Positions 11,016 to 22,274 are shown, counted from the stretch's first letter. The stretch: DNA of 64,000 nucleotides from an uncultured Conexibacteraceae bacterium (GCA_963720195.1 CAVRFD010000015.1:5690-69689), one strand, 5' to 3'. Notes: a model not told the origin generated them from the sequence alone. Translations and numbers: made by a program.

Positions 11016-11638
11016 CTAGAGGCAACCGTCGCCGTCGTCCGGACCACCGGCGTTCTGGTCACCATCGTTGTCCCCGTCCTGACAAGCGATGGTCGATGTC
11101 CCGGTACCGCCCGTGGTAGTCGTGATTAGTCGTGGTAGTGGTAGAGCCACCGCCCGTCGTCGGCTTGTGCTTGATCACCGCTCCGGACGGAGCTCATCAC
11201 GTACCAGTAGCCGCCGGTCAGATCGACGTCCTGCCCGTTGGCGACGCCATTCTTGGTGTCACCCTTGAAGAGGTACAGAGGCCACCCCTTGTAGGTCACC
11301 ACGCGGCCTCCAGCACGGTCGGCGTCGCTGCCGAGAAGGTTCTGCTTCGCGCTTCCCGTCGCTACCGGTTTCCCTCCAGCCGGAAGCTAGAGGGGCGGCC
11401 AGGCCTTGACGCAGGCCTTCGAGGTGCAAGTTACCTTCCGTTCCTTATCCGGAACGAACATGTAGAGCGTTCTACCGCTGCTGCTGACCAGGACAGTGCC
11501 GAGTCCCGGAATGTTGCGTGTCCCTACTTTGACCGTAGGCCCTTTTTGGCGGCGTGCAGATCCGCGGCGGATGCGATCGCCGCCCGTCACCGTCAGCGCC
11601 GTCAAACCCACCAGAAGTACTATCCGTACTCTTCGCAT
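11016..11638 (-). CDS. Secreted repeat protein (COG4315/Lipoprotein_15 type) with Thr-rich linker and acidic C-terminal tail, frameshifted
   Basis: GRTLYMF.PD....C...C.KAWPPL, then VTYKGWPLYLFKGD...ANGQ.....WYV read by hand; ends CQDGDNDGDQNAGGPDDGDGCL* with the stop at 11016. Confidence 0.75.
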
Positions 11639-11760
11639 GTCGCGACGTCCTTTGCTGTACCCTGCCCTTGATCCCAGAATGCGAAGTTAGCAGAGGACGC
11701 CCTCGGGTGGCGCCGCAAACTACGCATCGCTGAGGCTGAGTTCGCTGCCGCGAGCTCGTG

Positions 11761-14644
11761 TCAGCCGCGCGGGACGGCGAGCGCATTGAGTCCTCTGGGG
11801 AACTCCGCCGTGACGTACCTCGGCCAGGCCCTGAGGTCGACCGCACCGCCGGGCGCGCAGGGCGTCGAGAGCACCTGCCTCTGCTCCTCGAAGAAGGTCA
11901 ACGTGCGGCCCCGCGCCTTCGCAGGGAGCACCATCGAGAACCTGCCGTTCTTGTCGGGCCAAATCTCCGACAGCGGCCTGACGACATTCTCGCCCGACGC
12001 CACCCCGACCAGCAGGCCTGAGTAGATGGCGGTCCCGAACGGCGTCGGCGGACTGATCTTGTAAGCTGGTACCTGGCGCCGAGCTGGATGTTGAGTTGCG
12101 AGCTCTTGAGCCGCGCAAAGTCGACGTTCGTCCCGGTGATCCCGCCGTACGAGGTACTCCCATAGGCGACGCCAACGCTGATCAGCACCGGGTTGTCAGC
12201 CGTCTCATCGGAGGCGGTGAAGAAGGAGGTGTACACGCCGTTCGCGTTCGAGGGGTTCGAGCGCGTCCAGTAGTCGCGATCCTGGGTGCGCGTGATCACG
12301 ACCGCGCCCGCAACAGGCTGCCCAGCCGCGTTCGTGATCCTGCCCGTCAGGTCGTAGCTGAGCAGACGCACCGTCGGTGGAGCGGCGCCGCTCGAGTCGG
12401 TCACGCTGCCGGTGACGAGCACGTCGCCGTTATGGCGCACGGAGGCCTCACTCCGGTGATCGCGAACGCGCTCGAGAAGCCGCCCGATGCCCGCAGAGAG
12501 CGCCCGCTTCTCGGCGGCCTCGAGCGGCTTGCCGCCGATGGTCGCGTGACTGAGGCCAGTCACATGGACGGCGTGGCGGCCGGCGACCGTGTCGTCGATG
12601 TCGTAGGAAAAGCCGCCCTGCTTATTGGTTGCGTGCGGAACCTGATAGCTGTCGACCGTGATGGTGGCGCCCACCACCGGTTGCCCGCGCCACAGCAGGC
12701 GGCCCGTCAGGGTCTTCACGTTGGAGGAGTTCGCCTGCCACCGCACGACGACAGTCGCGGGCGACGTGGTGATCTTGGCCGAATTAGCTGACGCCGAAGA
12801 CGCTGAGCGCGACGAGGCGTGGCGGATCGCGGGACGTGCTGCGGTGGAGGCTGTCGGCGGCGTTGAGGAAGCCTTCTGGCGTGCGGCCGACTGATTCGAA
12901 TGCGATCGGATGAGTGACGTGATGACTGGCGCAGTTGATTGCTGTGAGGAGCCGCCCAGTCGCGAACACCTGCAGCTGCGTTGCCAGACCCCCGCTTGAT
13001 GAGGTCGGTGTGCCGCCGACGGTGATCGCGACGTACTCCTTACCGTTGACGGAGTAGATCGATGCGCCGGCGGCGATCTGGTGCCCGGTCTGGAACGTCC
13101 ACAGGATCTTGCCGGTCTTGACGTTGAACACGCGCAGAACGCCGTCCCCGCCGCCATCGAATCCGAGCCCGCCAGCAGTAGTCGTCACGCCGCCACGCTC
13201 CGGCTGCGGAGTCTTGTCCTTCCAAACCTGTGCGCCGGTGGCGAGGCTGACGGCGCTGATCGACCCGTAGTCCATCCAGCCGGGCGGAGTCGAGCCGAAA
13301 TTGCCGTTCCCGAGGCCGAGGAAGACGTCGCCGAGGGTGAACTTGTCCTTCCTCTCAGTTGGAGTCAGGATCGCCTGCTCTTCCACGGCCGCCGTCTCGG
13401 CAGCGGCCTCATAGACGTACTGCGTCTGCGGATCGAAGGACGCAGGTGAATAGTTGAAACCGCCGATCGATCCCGGGTAGACGGTGACCGGCTTCCCGGG
13501 CACGAGTTGCGGGTGCTCCGTGTGATCGAGCAGCTTGACCTGCTGATAGATCGGCCGGCCCGTCTTCGCGTCATACGCGAACCAGAGGCCCTCCATGGTC
13601 GCAACGGACACCACGCGCTCGGCCTTGCCATTGATCTTCGCGGTGTAGACGACCGGCGGCTGGGCGGTGTCGTACGACCATTCGTTGAATGACATCTGCT
13701 GCTGCCACCAATCCATCCGTCCGGTCTTGAGATTGACCGCGATGATCGAATCAGCGCGCGGATCGGAACCGGGACGGATCGAGGGTTGGTAGAGCGGGGT
13801 CGCGGAGCCCGTGCCGAAGTAGAGCGTGTCGGTCGTCGGATCGATCGTGACGGGCGTCCACACGACACCGCCGCCGGCGAGCGAGTCGAATCGACGCCAC
13901 TCGGTCCCCTGCGGCGGGACCGTCCAGAACGGGTTCGGCCACGCGGGCTCGAGGTTGCTCGTGTGGTAGGCCATCACGAAGCCGCGAACGCCGTACTCAG
14001 ACCCCGCGGCCCCGAACACCAGCAGGTGGTCGTAGCAGATCGGCGCGCTGGTCTCCGAGTAGCCGTAGTCGACCTCGGCATCGGGCACGGCGTCCGAGAT
14101 CGGCACCTCGCGCTGGAGCTGGCCGGTGGCCGGGTCGAGCGAGACGATCTCCATGTTGAGCGTCAACACGAAAACATGGCCGTCGCAGAGGGCGACCCCG
14201 CGGTTCGCGACTTGGCCAAAGTCGCTGAAGACCGCAACGTCAGTTGGCGACCATCGCCACTTCACCTGGCCGGTGGTGGCGTTGAGGGCCCAGACGTTGT
14301 CGTTGTTGGTCGTCATGTACAGCGTGCCGTTCGACTCGACCGGATAGGACTGCTCGCCGTGGCGCACAGTCGGGTCAATGCGTCTGGAAGTCGACCGTGA
14401 AAAGGCGGCCCAGGCTGCCTGACGTTGCCGGAGTTGATCTGCGTGAGCGGCGAGTAGCGGTTCTCGTCCGGCGTGTTCCCAAATCCCCCCCAACCGACAT
14501 TGGCAGAGGACTGAGAGCTCGCGTTGGACGACGGCTGAGCCACGCCGTCCCCAGGTTCAGGCCAGCCAAGCTCAGAAACAGGCCAGCGCGACTGACGCTG
14601 CGCACAACGTTCTCATCTCTTTGCGCTAAGCGTCGTCCCTCCAT
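11761..14644 (-). CDS. Large secreted PQQ-dependent dehydrogenase-like protein with C-terminal beta-sandwich extension, several frameshifts
   Basis: NRYSPLTQIN..NV, ALNATTGQVKW, NRGVA, GSEYGVRGFV, GGGVVW, EWSYD, GKEYVAI; then LTGRITNAAGQPVAGAVV carboxypeptidase-regulatory-like domain; start 14644 or 14616. Confidence 0.85.
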
Positions 14645-15634
14645 CTCCTCAGCGCGAGTCTACACCGGCCGATCACGCTCGGCGGAAGCACACCGATCAG
14701 CAGGAGCACAAGCGCCAGACCTGCGACGTACGGCGCCAGTGCGTCGCTGCCCGAGCACCCGCCGCGCGCGCCCGGTGGGCCCGTGGCCGACGACCTGGCG
14801 CAGATATGACGCTGCGGCGCTGGTCTGGCTCTCCTCGAAGGAGCGTCCGCCGAGCGCGGCTGCGAGCTCGGCGAGCAGCACACGGCCGGTGGGATCGGGA
14901 TGGTAGCCCGGCTCGGCGCTGTCCGTCCGCGTCGAAGACCGCCTCGTTCTGGTTCCAGAAGCGGATCGCGAGGAAGCGGTATCCCGCCTGGGTGCCGAGC
15001 TGGTGAGCCAGCTGGCCCGGGTCGAAGGGGTTGCTCTCGCCATCGGTGAGGAGCACGATCACCCGGCGCCTGACGCGTCGGCTCGAAGTAGTTGCCGGTG
15101 GCGATGTTGTCGAGCGCCGCGTAGTTGGTGGCGACCGCGGCCTGCGTGACCGGCGGCGGATCTTCGATCGTGACCGCCCGCTCGACGACCGCGTCGAAGC
15201 CCGCGACATCGGGCACCGGCAGCAGGTCAGGCAAGACGCGGTCCGTGAAGCGTGGCCACCCCGGCCGGCACCTCGGGAATCGCCGCGCGCAGCCGCACCG
15301 CCGCCTGTGCTGCTCGGGCCAGCCGCGTCGGCGAGGTCGGCGTGAGCGAGGCCGCCATCGACCGCGAGGTGTCGAGCACGAACAGGACCGCGACGTCGTT
15401 TCGCGTCGGCACGAGGGTCTCGTCGCTCAGCACGGGCTGGGCGGCCGCCAGCCCGAGCAGCGCGACCGCGGCCGCCGCGGCAGCGGTTCGCGGCCCCACC
15501 GACCAACGCGGCGGCGGGTCGAGCCCGAGTCGGCGCGCCACGGCGGCGGCTCGGATGCGGCCGTGCACCGCGGCGCTGAGCGGGAGTAGCACAGCCAGCG
15601 CGGCGAGCGCTCCGAGCGGCGTCAGGAAGCTCAT
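14626..15634 (-). CDS. VWA-domain membrane protein (MxaL/BatB-like), frameshifted
   Basis: MSFLTPLG N-terminal TM; VLFVLDTSRSM MIDAS DxSxS; VLLTDGES; C-terminal TM. Confidence 0.8.
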
Positions 15635-16249
15635 CAGTAGCCGCTGCCCGGCGCGCCACCCGACGCGCCGAGATGACCGGTATTGCCGAAAGAGTTCGCC
15701 GGCCCGGTCCCACGCCGATGTCCGTGAGCGGCGGTGAGGCGCAGCAGCAGCTCAAGATCGAACTTCGCGGCGGTGTCGCCAGGGTCGACGCGGATCGCGT
15801 CGGTGAAGTCCGCGATCGCAGCGTCCGTCTGCGAGACCCCTCCGCCCTCCGCGGCCTCGGTGAAGGCCAGGATCCCGAGCAGCGTCCGCGCCTGCGCGGC
15901 CAGCTGCGGATCCGATGAGCTCGCCGGACCGTCGAGCGCGTTGATCGCTCCCGCGCGTTGGGTCTGGACGTCGAGCGCGTCGTTCAGGTGCTCCTGGAGG
16001 CCGGCCACCTGGCGATAGCGCTTGAGCGCCGCGCGCGCCGCGACGTCGTCAGCGGTCCCCAGCAGCGTTTCGGCGAGACCGCCCAGGTGCGTCGCCGGCG
16101 TCCACTGGGCGCTTCTCGGCGCGATCGCGTACGCCGCGTCGCCGCGCTCGAGCGCGACCGGCCACGCCCGCACGTCAGCGGCCAGCAGGGCGGCGAGGAC
16201 CGCGAGCGACGGCGAGGACCGCGACGGCGACGAGCCGCAGCGCCGTCAA
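15634..16249 (-). CDS. TPR-like membrane-anchored protein (MxaK/BatC-like)
   Basis: TTG overlapping the upstream stop, N-terminal TM with one frameshift; AIADFTDAIRVDPGDTAAKFDLELLLRL TPR ending. Confidence 0.7.
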
Positions 16250-17065
16250 GGCGACCGCCTCCAGGCGAGAATCGGTGCCCAGCCTTCGCGCAACGCGAGC
16301 GCGAAAGCGGCCGCGACCGCGAGCGCGACGAGCGCCCACGGGAAGGGCGTCTGCCGCGACACGGCAGCCTGCGCGAGAGTCGGCGCCTCGACGATCGGCG
16401 TGACGTGACCGAAGATCGTGCGGAAATAGGCGATGTCCGCGGGAGACGCGTCGAGGCCGACGATTCGGATCGGCACCCTGTCCTGCCGGGCGAGTGCGCC
16501 AGCCGCCGCGAGCGTGGGGAGATCGCCCGGATCGTCGTCGAGGTCACTGACCAGCATCACCGCCGCCGTCGGCCGCTGCGCCACGGCGATGTCGAGTCGC
16601 CTTCTCCATGCCCGAGGAGATATTCGTGCCGCCCGTGAACGTCCTCGCCCAGGGGTTGGCGGGAAATGACGGCATGAAGCCCGGCACGCGCTGCTTCGGC
16701 AGCGTGAAGTAGCGAACCAACGGCGCGAGGTCGGCCGCGGGCGTGCCTGGCGGGAGCGCCTCGTACGCCTCGTCGGAGAAGATGACGAGGCCGACGTGGT
16801 CGCCCGTTTGCGAGAGCGCCCTCAGCGTGCCGCCGATGCGGGAGAAGCTGTCGGAGGAGATGCTGGCGGAGAGGTCGAGCACGATCACTACGTTCGCCTT
16901 CCTGGGCAGCGGCACGAGCGTCTGCGAGTGAGGGGATCGGGAGACGAGCAGGACGGCCACCGCAGCCGCCACGGCGCCGGCTGCGAGCGCGGCGAGCGCG
17001 ACGCGGGTGACGATCGCGCGTCCGCGGAAGGCGCGCGCGTCGGCGAGCGGGATGCCCGAGCTCAC
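16246..17065 (-). CDS. VWA-domain membrane protein (MxaC/BatA-like), one frameshift
   Basis: VVIVLDLSASIS MIDAS; GLVIFSD.AY..LP; GGTNISSG; VMLVSDL; N- and C-terminal TM. Confidence 0.8.
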
Positions 17066-17966
17066 TCCGACCCCTGCTGCTCGATCTCGGAAACGAGCTC
17101 CTCGAGCTCGTCCGGCTCGGGCGTCGGCTCGGACCAGGCGAGCCTGCGGGCTGCGCCGGAGCGCCGGTCACCGCCGAGCGCGCGGCTGAGCAGCGCGAGC
17201 GCGCGGCGGCGATCCGCGGCGGGACGGCGCTCGGCCTGCCGGGTCAGGCGGAGCGCGCGCTCGAGCGCGCCGGGCTGCGGACGTTCGACGCCGAAGACGC
17301 AGGTGCACCTGCCATCGCAGCGAGCCCGATCGCCGAGAACGCGAAGAGCGCGGCCAGCACGTCGAGCAGCGTGGCGAGCGTCGCGGGAGCGATCCGGTAG
17401 GTCGCCGCGGGCGGCGCGGTATCGGCTTCGAACGGCGGCGAGCTCGGCTTGAGATCGGACGCGATCACCCGCCCTCGCACCGAAAGCGTCGGCCACGCGC
17501 GCGGAAGCGCGCGCGGTCCGTCCACCTCGCGCCAGGACCGACGCCCGAACGAGCGGCAGGCCGACCCGTGCCTCGCCGCTACTGGCAACGCACGCAGCGG
17601 TCAGGCACGCGACGGGAACGGCGACGGTCACGAGCTCGAGGCTGCCGCTGCGTCGAGCGCGACGTGCGCGCTGGACCGAGCTGCGTGAGCGGCGCGAGAT
17701 CGTCGGTGAGCCGCAGCGTCTGCGTCTGGACGCGGCGCGTGTCGAGCGCGACGACCACGCGGGCGCGTAATGCGGTCGCCGAACTGGACGAACGCGGGAT
17801 CGAAGCTCGCCGCGACCTCGACGGGCGCGGTCGGCGCGATCGCAGGAGCGGACGCGGAGTGGCTGAGGAGCAAGAGGCACGGCGACGCGCGCCCAAGCCC
17901 ACGAGCGAGCAGACGGCGAGCGATCCGGACCGAGCTGGCCGCGGCGATGCGGTTCAACGCGCCCAT
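17062..17966 (-). CDS. Hypothetical membrane protein in MxaA/BatD position, frameshifted
   Basis: N-terminal hydrophobic segment, VQFGDRI, late TM, then helical tail ALERALRL...RRALALLSRAL; overlaps both neighbours. Confidence 0.6.
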
Positions 17967-18885
17967 GCGCTGCTCCTGCGCTGCTCCGCCCAGTCGATGA
18001 ACGCCGTGTCGATGCGGTCGGTCTCACTGGTCCCGAGCACGACCGGCTGCGAGCCCAAGCGACTGAAAGTCGGCGAGCAGTCCGGGCGAGCCGGCGCTCG
18101 TTCGCCTCGGCCCGATTGGCCGCCTGGCGACGGCTCAGCCGCACCAGCGTAACGACGCCGGTCCGTGGCTCGGCGATCGGCAGACCGATGCCGCCCACGG
18201 CCGGGAAGCTCTGCTCCCAGACGGGATCCTGGATCACGACCGGCACGAGATCCCACCCGCAGCTCAACGCGCGCAGCCACGTCTGGGTCGGAGGCGGCGC
18301 AAGGAAGTCGGAGAGCACAAACACGAAGCTGCCGGCAGGCAAGCCGCGGCGGCGCGCTGAGAGGAACTCGAGCGACCGCTCGAGCACGTCGGACGGCGCT
18401 CCGAAAGGAGTGTCGGCGCCCTCGCGCTGGGCGATCATCCAGCGGCGTTCGCGCCGGGCAGGCGGCAGCCACCACGCCTCGCCGTCGCCGAAGTCGAGCG
18501 CGGCGATGTCCGCTCGCGCGGCTTCTGCGCTGGCCGCGATCGCGGTCACCGCCTCGAGCAGCGCGACGGGCTTGTGGAGCCACGGCAGCGGAGCGGGGTA
18601 GAGGCCCATCTCCGGCCTGCGGTCGACGACGATCACGACCCGCGGCGCCTCGTCGGCGGCATGGTGGCGGACGACGAAGGCGTCCTCGCCGCTCGTGGCC
18701 GTAAGCCGCGCCGATGCAAACCAATCGATCGTCGCGACCGGATCACCCGGCTCGTAGCGGCGATACCCGACGATCTCGCTGCCTTGACCGCGGCGTCGGC
18801 TCGGCGCCTCGCCGAACGGCAGCCCGGTCAACCGCCGCCGTGGCACGAGCGGGAACGTGCGCCGACCCCCTACTGCCAAGCTCAC
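17954..18885 (-). CDS. DUF58 family protein (MxaS-like), one frameshift near the C-terminus
   Basis: GQGSEIVGYRRYEPGDPVATIDWFASAR; VVIVVDR; FVFVLSDF; LVPVVIQDP. Confidence 0.85.
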
Positions 18886-19886
18886 CGCTCCCAGGCAGGA
18901 GCGGGAGCCGGTGCCAGCTCCAGGCAGCGCTCGCGGATCTGCTCGAGCGCCTCATCACGAGCAAGCGCGCGCGTCTCCGCGACGTAGGAGGCGGTCAGCA
19001 GCAGGCGATGGCCGAGCACCGGCAGGAACAGCCGCTCGATGTCCTCGGGCTCGACGTAGTCCCGGCCCTGCACGAGCGCCCAAGCGCGCGCGCTGCGCTC
19101 CAGCGTGATGCTGCCGCGCACCGATGCGCCGACCGCCACGCCTGCGACCTCGCGCGTCGCCCGCGCGAGCTGCACCGTCCAACGCAGCACGAGGTCGTCG
19201 ACGTAGACGTCGTCCGCCGCGCGCTGCAGCGCCCGCAGCTCGTCGGCGCTAACGACGGGCTCCAGGCGCTCGATCGGGTGCCCGTGGCGCTGCGCGACGA
19301 CGATCGAGACCTCCTCGTCCTCGCGCGGGTAGCCGAGCCGAACGCGCATCGCAAAGCGGTCCAGCTGCGCTTCGGGCAGCGGGAACGTGCCCTCCTGATC
19401 GATCGGATTCTCGGACGCGATGACCAGGAACGGCGACGGCAGCGGGCGCGTGGCCCCGTCGACCGTCACCTGACGCTCCGCCATCGCCTCGAGCAGCGCC
19501 GACTGGGTCCGCGGCATGGCGCGGTTGATCTCGTCGACGAGCACGATGTTCGCGAACACCGGTCCGGGCCTGAACTCGAACTCACGCGTCCGCTGGTCGA
19601 AGATCGCGAGGCCGGTGATATCGGTCGGCTGCAGATCCGGCGTGCACTGGATCCGCGCGAACGTCGCTCCATCGACGGATTGTGCGATCGCTCGCGCCAG
19701 GATCGTCTTGGCGGTCCCGGGCACGTCCTCGAGCAGTACGTGACCGCCCGAGATCAGCGCTGCGAGCACGAGCGCGATCTCATCGTGCTTGCCGACTACC
19801 ACCCGCTCCACGTTGGCGAGGATCCGCGCCGCTAGATCAACCGCCGCCTTCGCGTCGGCGGGCGCTGGGCTTTCTCCACGTATCAC
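18882..19886 (-). CDS. moxR: MoxR family AAA+ ATPase
   Basis: HVLLEDVPGTAKT, RIQCTPDLQPTDITG, LVDEINRA, ENPIDQEGTFPLPEAQLDRF; start at GTG 19886 preferred over 19934. Confidence 0.95.
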   Translation of the reverse strand: MIRGESPAPADAKAAVDLAARILANVERVVVGKHDEIALVLAALISGGHVLLEDVPGTAKTILARAIAQSVDGATFARIQCTPDLQPTDITGLAIFDQRTREFEFRPGPVFANIVLVDEINRAMPRTQSALLEAMAERQVTVDGATRPLPSPFLVIASENPIDQEGTFPLPEAQLDRFAMRVRLGYPREDEEVSIVVAQRHGHPIERLEPVVSADELRALQRAADDVYVDDLVLRWTVQLARATREVAGVAVGASVRGSITLERSARAWALVQGRDYVEPEDIERLFLPVLGHRLLLTASYVAETRALARDEALEQIRERCLELAPAPAPAWER

Positions 19887-20025
19887 AGCGAGCGAAACTT
19901 TACTCGGGGTCCGGCGAGGAAAACCCGGAGCCAATCAAAAAGCCAGGTAACCGACACGATCTGCTTGCGCAAGAGTTATATTTGCCGAAGAACGTCGTAA
20001 TAAGGCGGCTAGGAGGAGAGGGTTT

Positions 20026-22103
20026 ATGCTTGAGTTACGCCCAGTTCGTTGGGCACTTTCAGGGCTGATGGCAGCGGTATGCGTGCTCGCGCTAAGCGCA
20101 ACAGCCCTTGCGCGGTCGTCTGCGCCGAAGATCTCGCCGGCAGACCAAGCGCTCGTCAGCTACGCAGGCACCAACTGGGTCGAGAACGGCGGCGACGTCG
20201 AGAACGACCGTTACTCGACGCTCACGCAGATCGACAAGTCCAACGTCGGGTCTCTGGGTCTGGCGTGGGAAAACAACCTCAATGTCTGTGCGGCGACCAT
20301 CACGCCAACGGCCACTTTCCAGGGAACCAACAGTTCGAGCTGCGGGTCTCAAGAGGCGACGCCGGTCGAGGCCAACGGCACGCTGTACATTCAGACCAAC
20401 ACCGACGGCGTGTTTGCGCTGAACGCGACCAACGGTGCGGTGATCTGGCACTGGGTTCCGCCCTTCTCGACCTGGGATCCCGGGTTCTCGCTCGGCTCGG
20501 GCGGCCGCCAGCCTGGCGTCTCGCTCGGCGCAGGCAAGGTGTTCGTGGCTCTGGCTGACGGAAGCCTCGTGGCGCTTAATCAGGCGACCGGAGCGCTCAT
20601 CTGGAGGACAATCACGGGACCCTGGCAGAAGGGCGTCCGGCTGTCCGCTGCGCCGCTCTACTACAACGGCATGATCATCGAGCCGACGAGCGGTGGCGAC
20701 AGTGGCAGTATCAGCGCCACAGTCTCGGCTTACTCGGCTATCGACGGCGCGGTCCTGTGGACCTGGGGCGTCGTTCCGCAGGCCGGCCAGCCGGGTTCAA
20801 AGACCTGGTCAACGTTGAACGGCGGGGCCTACACCAGCAATATTTACGGTGGTGGCGCCCTGTGGCAGACGCCGGCGATCGACGCGAAGGACAATTTGGT
20901 GATCTTCGGCACCGGCAACCCGGTCCCGTGGAACTCACGCGGCCCGGGTACGAACCTCTACACGGACTCGATCGTCGCGCTGGACTACCGGACGGGCGTG
21001 ATGAAGTGGTACTACCAGACGGTTCATCATGACCTCTGGGACTCGGACCTGCCGAACAACGTGATCGTCTTCAACACGAAGATGAAAGTGCCGACGACTG
21101 TGAAGAACAAGAAGGGCAAGAAGGTCACCAAGAAGGTCAGTCAGAAGGTCACCGCCGTCGGCGACGTTGCGAAGTACGGCTGGACGTGGTTGCTGAACGC
21201 AACCACCGGCAAGCCGCTCACGAAGGTCGACCAGGTCAAGGTGCCTCAGGACCCGTGCGCCGGGCGTGAACAATTCGCCGACTCAGCCGATTCCGCAGAC
21301 CCCGAACACGCTGGTCTTCAGTAGCGGCAGCGGGTTCTCTCTCCTGAAGAACGGCCACGGACGTGTGTGCTCGAGCCCGAACTTCTGGATCTCGTCAAAC
21401 GACGTCTGGAATAACCCGGACCCAGGAACCACGCTCGGCAACACTCCCGACGGGCATCCGGTCGTGTTCGGCTGTGACTTCCAGCCCTACGACACGACGC
21501 CAGTGGATCGTGACGCCGTTCGAGAACATGGATTGGCCGTCCAGTTCGTACGACCCGCAGACGCAAGGGTTCGTCACCTGCGGCGACATTGGCCGTGAGT
21601 ACGGCCACGAGCAGATTCCTGCGGCCTCGGAGGTCGTGACGCGGAACGGCGGAATCGGCTCCGGCGTGCTCAGTCTCGGCGGGAACATCCCGGCCACCAA
21701 CACGGGCACCTTCTCGTCGCTCAACGTGGTGACCAATAAGTGGGAGTTCCATCAGAACTGGCCACAGATCTGCTTCAGCGGATCCGCCGACACCGCCTCC
21801 GGGATTACCTTCGTCGGTCAGCTGGGGGCAGGGGCCAGCGGCGACGGATACCTCGAGGCCGTCGACAGCAAGACCGGTCAGGAGCTGTGGCAGTCTCCCC
21901 CGATGCCGAATGTCGAGGTGTCAGCTCCCCCGATCACCTACATGGTCAACGGCGTTCAGTACGTCGCGGGGATCGCTGGTGGCGAGAGCCACGAGAATCC
22001 GATCCCCTCGGCCGCTCCGGGCGTCAAGGGCCTGCCTGCGGGCACTGCACCCAACACGGGCTTCGGGTCGATCGTCTACGCATTCGCGATTCCGGGCACC
22101 TGA
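20026..22103 (+). CDS. Secreted PQQ-dependent dehydrogenase, 2 frameshifts
   Basis: AGGAG RBS; signal peptide; RYSTLTQIDKSNV, QEATP, GGGALW, GTGNPVPW, LYTDSIVALD, HHDLWDSD; C-terminal APPITYMVNGVQYVA in ORF 21363-22103. Confidence 0.88.
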
Positions 22104-22131
22104 GCTCGAGCGCAGTAGAAGGATGAAGTAC

Positions 22132-22172
22132 CGGCGGCGGTCGCATCTTGCGGCCGCCGCCGTCTTTGTTCT
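22132..22172 (+). terminator. Intrinsic terminator
   Basis: CGGCGGCGGTCGCA-TCT-TGCGGCCGCCGCCG followed by a T-rich tract. Confidence 0.75.
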
Positions 22173-22274
22173 TCGGCACATCGTGTTAGAAGCGAGCGTG
22201 GTCTAGGGATCGATCCCACGAAGCGAGCCGGTTCCTCATGCGCACCTTCTGCCGTTCATGCGGGTTATTGCCGA

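Noticed and set aside
14626-19886. Inferring methylotrophy from the mxa-like operon
   Set aside because: No MxaF/XoxF-like active site, mxaI/J/G or C1-pathway genes in the window
4148-21510. Programmed frameshifting or confident pseudogene calls
   Set aside because: Indels are numerous, scattered and lack consistent slippery sites; assembly error is the simpler explanation
1201-22103. Calling the PQQ enzymes lanthanide-dependent (XoxF/PedH) because of D-x-D motifs
   Set aside because: HHDxWDxD also occurs in Ca/Mg glucose and quinate dehydrogenase-type enzymes, and the Cys-Cys pair and other ligands differ, so the motif is not diagnostic
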